NCBI GenBank assembly: GCA_977030845.1
Contig: OZ365110.1
Coordinates: 41,974,001-42,038,000 of the forward strand
DNA length: 64,000 bases
Origin: Fimbriosthenelais zetlandica
Lineage: Eukaryota
Reading direction: 5' to 3'
The position numbers were made by a program, and so were the translations under genes. Below the pieces are notes generated by a model. The model saw only the letters and a program-made list of their open reading frames with translations. It did not search any database and was not told where the DNA came from. Each line of letters begins with the position of its first letter. The first letter of the stretch is position 1. Below are positions 14,601-64,000 of the stretch, piece after piece.

Positions 14601-17600
14601 CTCACCAGCGCCCTCCGTGGCAAGGGCCAGACTTAAGACAGGTCGCCAAGACGCTGACCTTTGAACGTCGAGGAAGAAAGCCTTGTTTGTTTGGCTGGCC
14701 AACTAAACGATCAGGGGACCAAAGCATGCAAAAGGCAAAAGATTATCAAGCGCCTCCGGCTGTTTTCACTGATAAGTGACTGGCGGTGGTGGAGAGGTTT
14801 TTTCTCCACTTTCTCTCTTAAGTACTTGGTCCTGATTTCAGCCTCTCGCCACCACCACACCAAGAGCGCATGCGCGGGTGGAACGCACAAGCTCTGAACG
14901 TTAGATGTCATTTGGGTACAAGGGAATGAAAATCCCATCAACATGGCTTATCGCCATATAGTCAAGGATGAAAGGATGGCAGCAGTCTAAGCGGAAATAA
15001 AGAGGTTTTGTCATCTCTATCTATTCTATTTCTTTGAGTTGGTGAGTTTTGTGGTAATTACTCAACTCAAATGAAAATTATCAGTAAATGTATTGGTATG
15101 AATAATTCAGGTAGTCAGGATTTTAAACTGTTATTATACAGGTACAAGGTAAAACTAATTCAACGAGCATTTTAGTTCATATCAAAATAACTTTATTGCG
15201 TGTGCCTACAGTGGAACCTGTATAATACAAAAGTACAGCAAGATACAAAAAAGTACCAAGGATTTATAAATTTACCCACAGCAAATGAAGTTGATATCTA
15301 ACCAAAATGACTGAACAAGTTCATAACCATTTGACTTTCAGAAAAGTTGAAGAGAAGTATAAGCAATAAATGGTACCTTCCCATACTGTCGCCTGATAAA
15401 ACCGTAGTAGACAAATTTCTGTATAGCACCTTGCAGTCAAAATGTTTTTAAATGTTTGATTTTGAAAAGCGTAAAAATCTTAATAGCCGTAATAAATTAC
15501 TTTAAGACTCATGATGCAAAGGAAACTGGAAGAAAAGTTAATAAAAACCAGTTAATACATGCCCTGCACAGAGTGTAATTGGAGATTTAAAGTTGAAGTT
15601 AAACAGCCATACAAAAGTTGTATTCGACTGGAAAACCGACTCCATTAAACCTGCCTTACACATCTGACAGAAGTTTCCAATGCCTTTTTCATTTTCATAA
15701 CATAACCTTTCCAATAACCATTTAACAATGAAATAGATAAAAACATTTTTCCTAATCGAGAAGTATACACTACATCATTAGAGAAATACTTCATTAATGT
15801 TAGTCTGACTGGCTCTCTAAACGGTGACATCATTCCAATATGATTAACGTTCCACAACATCCATGACAGCCTTATACAAGGACCTGATTTTGTCCGAAAC
15901 TTTGTATTTTAATATCAGTATAAAAATTCGGACATAACCAAGGCTAGGTAGAGACGAACAGCAACAAATCTACGAGGGAACAAGCAAAACCCCTTCACTT
16001 TAGCAGAGGGGATCCACTGAAGCAATTACTTGCCAAAGGTTCAGATTGATGTACAGGCATTATTCAATTATTGTACATGTATGCCAGCGATGAAGATGAT
16101 GCAACGTTTCTACACCTGAATAGGAGTATAACATACTTCCTTTTGAACTTCTAGTCCAATAGAAAAAGACTGTAGGTGGGTTTGTTGATCTCTAAATCTT
16201 ATAAGATAGAGACTTGTAGTAATGGTTGGTTTCCCCAAAGAAATTAACTCCTTCTAGGGGAACATTTATCCAAATTCTGCATCCAATTGCTCATGTCACG
16301 ATTTCCTTGCTCCCATGTTTGTTAGTGTGTGTTCTTTCGTTTTTAAAATGGTATTTTTTGTTATATACAAAGACGTGCAATGGTTTTTATTATAAAAGCA
16401 GAGGAAATACTCCCTGTTCAATGATTGGCCAAAGAACCATTGGATAAAAGTTATCAGCGTCGGAATTTGTTCAAATGCCACCATGGCCCCCATCGAACAT
16501 TTGATAAGCTGGTAGGTTCCTGTCAAAAAGGTGATCCGTCAAGGAGCGAAATGTTACCAAAGCAATAAAGAAATTAATTTATCTAATTATTGCAGCACTG
16601 AATGTTCTATCCATTCACACCACACACCCTGATTCAAAAGCCTAAATGGACCTCGTGGGATGGGGGGAAGGAAGGTTAAGTTATGAATTTTCATGAAAAC
16701 AATTATGAATAAGCACATTTTCAGTAAGAATACCATTGTGAAGAACTTCTCATGCAAGCCATTACTTGATCTATATTGATACGTCAGGGGGCGGTTTCAT
16801 AAAGATCCGCAAACCAGATGCACCACTTTTATGAAAGGATTCCCCGGGATGAACAGAGCCTAAAGGATGAACAGTCGTATGGAACATGAAATAATGCCAG
16901 ACTACAGCAAAGGTCAATGATTAAGTAGATCGATAGACCATGATTACAGTAACCATCCTTTACTTAGTCAGTACAGCAAAGATTTAGATTTTATTCCTAC
17001 GTTTTAGACATTGGGAACAGGAGTCTCTATACCTCTAGTGATTCCCAGCTAAAGGTAGGCCTATAAAGAATATGGATGTCCTAAGTGGGATGATCTATGT
17101 ACAGTGAATATATTCCTCTCAACTCCATGGAGACAGTACAAGTAATAGTAAGCATACAGAGTCATCAACATTTCCTTTTCCCCCACCAAGTGTGGCCATG
17201 TGTGATCCCGAACAGGAGACTATGAAGAAATGTCAAAAGAGGTGTGTTTAGGTTGTTTCTATTTCTGCATTTGTGCCATAAATGGAACCAATTCGCCTGC
17301 AAATCTTTTTAAAAATGAAGCCATTTCAGAATGGCCACGATGAAAGTATATTCATATGTTCTCCTATAAGTTGTGGCGCTTTGTAAAGGACATACTGATT
17401 ACAATGTAAAACATCAGCCAACCTTCCATCCAGCACATTAACCATATTATAACTGTAAATATATCCTACATGTGTAAAGCCAGCACAATGTTAACATACC
17501 CTCCATGTCAAACATACTCAGCAACTACAATGCAATATAAATCCAAGGAATATATATATACTTGTATACATAAATATGTCACCATATATTTGCACCAACG

Positions 17601-20530
17601 TTCACGTGTGAATGTAAGAGGCCTGACCTGTATATATATTAGAGTTTAAGCCACACAATCATGTAACCTAACTAATGCTCTATATTCACAAATGTATGTA
17701 CAACATGGACTAATGTAGTATGTTGGAATAATCATAAAGAAAAATTGTCAAAACCAGGACAAACTATAATAATTGGATTATGGGCATATTAGTCCTCATG
17801 TTAATAGAAATCTGAAGGCTAATTCGCATTCAGCATTTAGGGAGTCAGTTACATGATCAGAAAAAAGTTCTTCAGAGGGCATGGGGAGATTTATGTATAA
17901 TACAATCAATACTTCAATAGGTCCCCAAACCTGTCCAGAGATTATATACAGCCAGAGCATAAGGGTCTGGTAAGCATTGTTAAGGCTATGAGGGGCCGCC
18001 GGAAAACTGGGCAGAGTTAGGACATAAAAGCCAAGCTTTAAATAAGGTTAGGCCACCACAAAGTACAGTGTGCCAGCTTGTTTGTACAGGAAGAGGAGCA
18101 ATAATGAAGGAATATACTTTTTACTGGGAATGTCTAAAGGCATGGTATTAATACTGGTGTATCGCCAGTTGATTAAGGACAGATTGATTATACTGGAGTT
18201 GTTGATACTGAATGATGCTTACACAATGACTGCCAGAGACCACATTAAGTATTTGCAATTATTTGTGTGTTTCAAACACTATCACGTCATTTCATAATCC
18301 CCCTAATCCCTTTTCTATCAGTTGTATAATATAGAAGCAAAACTGGAGGCAGCAATTTTCTTACAAAATTCATGATTTACAGGAAATTTTTCTAATAAAT
18401 TAGAAATTGGAAAGAATCAAGAATTTGGTCATAAGTAACGAACAGAGCAGCTGTTTCTGTTATCTTCTAGACTATTTCATTAATTTCTGTCGGAACTGCA
18501 TAGGTAAATAGCATTTGCAAATGTGTATAATTTCTTATTATAGTTAATCTGTCATTTGATCTGTCAGCCTGAATAACTACAGAATAATTTTCTAAGATGA
18601 TATAACAATGAAGATAGACATAACAAGCTTGTAATTTGGGAAGGCACGCGAAAGATCTGGTTTGGCAAGTTTAGGTGACAAGAAAACAATACGCATGCCT
18701 ATCAGTATTTGTATACGTATACATTTCTAAATTCATTACCTTTACAATTCAAAGAACAATGAACTTATACATGTAGATATACATAATTATTCAGCTACCA
18801 CTTCTAATTTGGAGTAATAAAGGGTAATAAAACCAGCCTGCCCTGGGCAATTCAAACATATCTATGGACATTCATTTTCTTTATAATTAATTATATCCCT
18901 GATTATAGCCCAACATAATACAGACTAGCGACCTTTTAGGTGGGTTACGTCAGGCACATGGCTATTGATCTCCTAGCATGGCAAATGTGGATTGGCAACT
19001 TAGTGGTTGATGATCCCGACCGGTGCCAATACGACGCGCATCCCCTAACCTTCAACAATGCATACATGTAACCCCCAGCACCCTGCTCATGTAACCCTGT
19101 CTATGTAGATAACAGCATGATGTAACTGACTTAATCAACAACACTATCAACCTATCACTTTTCCCTTGCCATAAAAATGTGACCTAATCCTTGTGTCTTT
19201 ATATATGTACGCTGCTGCAGACCTGACGCTGCAACACAATGATGAATGAGTCACGTAACACATTGTGATTCTCTACCAGAATAATGTTCTTCCTACTATG
19301 CTGGTAATCATTCCAGATATCCATGGCAGACAGATATGTAGCAGCTTCCATGGATGTCTAATTTATCGTCTTTCCAAGTTTACAATACACTACATCTGGA
19401 GATGTTTTCTTGTACATGTATAGAGGAGCAAGATAATCCAAATCATCTGCATCTCTCAGCACATCCTTTGATTACACTTGTTTTCCTTTCAACAGGTGGT
19501 GGGTGGGCTTTCATTGCAGGTGGTTGCAGTGTCAGTTACACAGTCCGTGGTAGGCTATTGAAGCATTACCCTCAAGAATCTTGGCCAATATATCTTCCTA
19601 TTCAAGCTTCCTTATAATAGATTAATTTTTGAAGGGGCAGCTGGAGAGGCTGAGAAGAGTTAGTTCAGAATGATGTTTTGCGTGTCCAACATAAGGTCAA
19701 AATAGTTCCACTTGATAGAATATGCGCAAAAAATACTGTCTTATCATGGTCCTCCTTGTGCATCAATCTGGCGAACTCGAGCATAAAAATTCTCTCAGAT
19801 GTCTTCCCTAGAGAAAAGCTGGACTTGGGCAGAAAAAGAGAGGACATGGCATGAGGGGTTCAAGATCTTTGGTTGTGCTGTGGCCTGTCCAATGGTAAAG
19901 ACAGGAACAGGGGGGGTGGCCTTCCAAGCCCTATTAGTTCCATCTGTTATCCCTCCAATGTTGAAATGGAGAGTCACTGATAAGGCATTTAGGGATGAGG
20001 AAGACTCACCAAGTGATAGGTTTACTTTCATTCTTTTGTACAAGTATCAATATTCATCATCTGTTTGTGTACATTCTGCCAACATATTCATATATCGCCT
20101 GTTTGGAATGTAGAGCTGTTGATGCTGTAACTTGACTTTAGGTTAACTTGATGTCCATTTGTTAAGCCTGGTCCATGACACTAGCTTGTTTTTTTTCAGC
20201 TATGGTTCACAAGAAGCACGGCTGGACACAGTACAGCAATGATAAACACTATAACAGCACTGCTGACACTCTCGGTTTTAAAACACTAGCTCCTGACACA
20301 TAGAGCTTTCCAACACTTATTTCATTATTCACTGAACATATACAATGTCTTTGATTATTGCAGCAACCAAATCATCGACATGTAACACTGATTAAGGCCA
20401 ATAATCCCTTTAACAGGATCTGACGGACACTGGCATCGCTGATGTCACATTGCGGCCTTGCATGTATGTGACACCTAACAAATTCCATGGTGACCAGCAA
20501 GCGATTGCAAAGCCACCAGACTTGACTAGG

Positions 20531-20544
20531 GTGTGTGTGTGTGT
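20531..20544. repeat. (GT)7 microsatellite in the presumed 3'UTR of isoform B
   Basis: gtgtgtgtgtgtgt read directly. Confidence 0.8.
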
Positions 20545-20653
20545 AAATTCATCAAGAGTAAACACCACTTTCATTCAAGTGGACATAGTTGGGGGCAGTG
20601 ATTTAGATCAACCCGTCACATTTTTTGGTGACTGAGGAGTTTCCCCATGTTGA

Positions 20654-21082
20654 TCAATACATACGTGGTCCATGTGGGGCCCCACTTTTGCTGGTCAGCA
20701 TGGGAGCAGGGGACCTGTTTGGTGGTGGGCCAATAGCAACCAACGTAGGATGCTGAATGACCTGCGCCATAGGATGAGCTTGTATCAACTGATGTGCTGG
20801 TATCATCGGATGATGACCTTGTGGATGATGACCTTGTGGATGATGACCTTGTGGATGATGACCTTGTGAATGATGACCTTGTAAATGATGACCTTGAGCC
20901 ATCGGATGTGCTTGCACAACATGCCCTGTTTGAGTGATCTGTGCATGTTGTGGGCCACCATAAGCGCCACTTGTGTATACAGCCCCACCATATACAGCCC
21001 CATAAACTCCCCCATACTGTCCATGATGTCTTCCCACCATACACCCTACCCGCGATGCCGGCATGCCCGCCGGCCCTACTAG
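20654..21082 (-). CDS. Candidate stop-codon-readthrough extension of exon 11B (142 aa; YGG-, Gln-, His- and Pro-rich low-complexity tail)
   Basis: TAG CTA GTA GGG CCG GCG GGC ATG... is in frame with supplied ORF 20654..21064; 142 sense codons run to TGA at 20656-20654. CTAG follows the stop, and the repeated peptides differ at synonymous positions. Confidence 0.65.
   Translation of the reverse strand, partial: LVGPAGMPASRVGCMVGRHHGQYGGVYGAVYGGAVYTSGAYGGPQHAQITQTGHVVQAHPMAQGHHLQGHHSQGHHPQGHHPQGHHPQGHHPMIPAHQLIQAHPMAQVIQHPTLVAIGPPPNRSPAPMLTSKSGAPHGPRMY
20807..20896 (-). repeat. 15-bp tandem repeat x6 (CAAGGTCATCATCCA) encoding QGHH[L/S/P]
   Basis: Plus strand shows six TGGATGATGACCTTG-like units that differ only in the first 1-3 nt. 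Confidence 0.95.
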
Positions 21083-61617
<40,535 letters not shown>

Positions 61618-61704
61618 CTTGACCGAGTGTTGAGCGAATTCGGGACAGGAGGCAGGGCGAGGCAGGTGTCTAGGACAGGGCTGCTGGCGCTTACCAAATA
61701 ATTT
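61618..61704 (-). other. Probable 5'UTR portion of the ATG-containing exon
   Basis: Acceptor-like ATATTTTCAG ends at 61705, 87 nt upstream of the ATG. No upstream non-coding exon could be assigned. Confidence 0.4.
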
Positions 61705-64000
61705 CTGAAAATATCAATTAGATTTCCCCTATAAATATAGTGCCAATAAGCCCATAGTACATGGATGATAATAGAGATATATACGAGTATCAGTTATGGT
61801 GAAATAAGGATGATACAAAGGCGATTTTTAACCCACAAATATATCATTACATTTAACAACATCAAAGTGATCAAATATTCTACGTCGATAAAGAGATTCT
61901 TTAGGTAAAAACATATACAAGATCAAACTCCTTGTATTTCTAACAATCAAGAACATCATTCAATATTCCTTACTGAAGGAAGAAAGCAGCATCCCCAATA
62001 CAGTTATAACAGCCATTCAGTTATGACATCTTGATAAAAAACCAAATGTGTTTGTACATTTTGATCATGCACCTAGAAGGCAGTCATTGTCATTTCTTCA
62101 TGAAGCGACAGACAAAGCAACACCTCAGTCTGTAATTTCTCATTCATTAATATACTGTATATAAATAGAGAGAGAGAATGTCACATCTTAGGAAAACAAC
62201 ATTAGTCACCTTAGTCTGTTCTGTCACATACATGCACATGTTCATGATTAAAGCATTGCTCAGTTTCAGAGTAAGAGGTTCTTACGTCAAATACAAGAAT
62301 AAATGGTTAAATACTACAAGATATATAATGGACAATTATTATAAATTAAGCACCTTACATCTTAACTGCATCTTTTCACGAGAACAACAATTTTATTCAA
62401 AATAAATTTATCTGCAAATTAAACTATCATAGCGCCTGAAAAGCAAACAAATTTGGCCAAAAACTTGAAAAGGAAAGCCTAATGACTACAATCTAACATG
62501 GGAATCCCCTAAAAAAAACGACATTGCACTCCCAATCTCCCATGTTCATCCTGCATTTAATGTCCCATTGAACTATCAAAACCCGATCATCCCGCCTTGC
62601 AGACAATATTCAGAGAGCAAAGGACTTGTGGGCTGATGCATTGGTAAATATCCCAGCTTTCCTGAGTCTTGGTGGTTGGGGAGATGGAGAGGTCTTTGAT
62701 GTGGGCCCAGGGGTTAGTCCCTCCTGGATGCAGTGGTTTCCAGGGGAAATAAGCTAAAGAGGTCACGGGGTTAGCGAGTACTCACATGGGTAAAACATAG
62801 CTCCCCAGTCATACTGTATCAGCCAGCCCCGAAAACTGGTTGAGCTGATCAGAGGGAAACGATGGATGTATTCACCAGCGGGATAGAATATGTTTGGGAT
62901 AAGATGTCAGATATGCATAAGATAGCGGAATTCAGCCGTTCAGTTTTATGTCTAAGGTATTACCAAAAATGTTCCTTTCCAGTTAATCCACTGGTCTCCA
63001 TGATGGGCATTAATTAAGGGTTTAAGAGGAATTTCACGATAAAATCAAACGCTGATTTATATGGCCGATTTGTATCAGAACTGCACAATGCAGATTCCAT
63101 CGGTTTTTTCTTTCTTTTTTATCATTAGCGAAAGGAAATAGAGGCCAATTATATATGTCAAAATAATATATGATCAAATGAGAGGAGACTACTTTCCACA
63201 GATATTGGATGACATTGAACCAGACAAAGCATGACATCAGCATCTAGTGACAAGTGTTTATATTAAATGTTTACATGTACATGTATTTTGTTTTAAACTT
63301 CACTTTGCTGTAACTGCAATATTGGTGAAGTAAAAAATGAAGCATTATGGTGGCTGTCGGGAATAAATATTTAAGCAGTGAGAATTGTTGGGAGACCTTT
63401 CCAGACCCTTTGAGAACTAATATTCATTTGAGGAATGAAATATTCAAGAAACCATTTCAGTGGTGCTGGGCATGTTTGGAGAGGCGCATATTAAGGTAAC
63501 TGGCGACATTTAGCGGATCTGAGCAAAACAGGAGGTGAATACCAAGATTACAAAAGGCAACAAAAGGTGCAATTTCTTCTCAGACAAAGCTGATAATTGG
63601 TTTTCTGAGGGTGGGTAAGGAACACATAGAGTACTTTCAACTCACACATGTCCTACATTCAACATTAAACAATCTGCACAAATCTCTGATATCATAATAT
63701 AGAATTTATCCTTTTGACATAATGCACACCTGTTTGATACATGCACATGTACTTGTCAATTTGAAATGTAATTCAATCATTTAAAAGCCCAGTATCAGTG
63801 CTTGTATGGCCTCGAATCAGCGAACTAAGGACCTACTAATATTATATTATGACACTAAATAGGTACATGGTGGGTGGTAGTTTTTGAAAGGTATTAGTCT
63901 AAGAGTGAAGCAAAGGGGTGGAGTTTCCAGTGGTTTTAGAATGACTCACACCTATACACGCCCTACTCTCTCCTATCTGAGCTTGACTAATCGACAGCTA

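Noticed and set aside
20616-21044. 142-aa alternative-frame ORF with (RSSST)n, plus the overlapping ORFs reading KVIIH and MMTLW
   Set aside because: Shadow frames of a stop-free 15-bp repeat. Substitutions between the duplicated segments are non-synonymous in these frames, and they are not in frame with exon 11B.
20654-21064. His/Gly-rich ORF as a stand-alone secreted structural protein (jaw- or beak-type) or a separately spliced exon
   Set aside because: No signal peptide, no promoter space (ATG is 19 nt after the Src stop), and no polypyrimidine tract before the nearby AGs. Less parsimonious than readthrough, though not formally excluded.

Overview
Eukaryotic, AT-rich, intron-rich DNA, probably from an invertebrate bilaterian (inference from SINE type and gene style). 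The only clear protein-coding gene is a Src-family tyrosine kinase on the minus strand. I reconstructed it by hand from GT-AG exons with consistent phases: N-terminus MGNCLSS, unique domain, SH3, SH2 and kinase (HRDLRAAN), in ten common exons from 61617 down to 45457. Two intact, ~49% identical copies of the last exon follow, 11A (32968-33182, 515-aa protein) and 11B (21083-21303, 517-aa protein). Both have phase-1 acceptors and a Csk-type tail tyrosine, so they look like duplicated, mutually exclusive terminal exons. The 11B stop is TAG followed by CTAG, an 8-nt spacer and a GC hairpin. It is in frame with a further 142 sense codons encoding a YGG-rich, (QGHHP)6 His-rich low-complexity tail, whose internal duplication has diverged only at synonymous positions. 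This is a strong candidate for programmed stop-codon readthrough giving a ~660-aa Src isoform. The rest of the window is intron or intergenic DNA with two copies of a tRNA-derived SINE, decayed LINE fragments, small tandem repeats and hairpins. Most ORFs in the supplied track are spurious.
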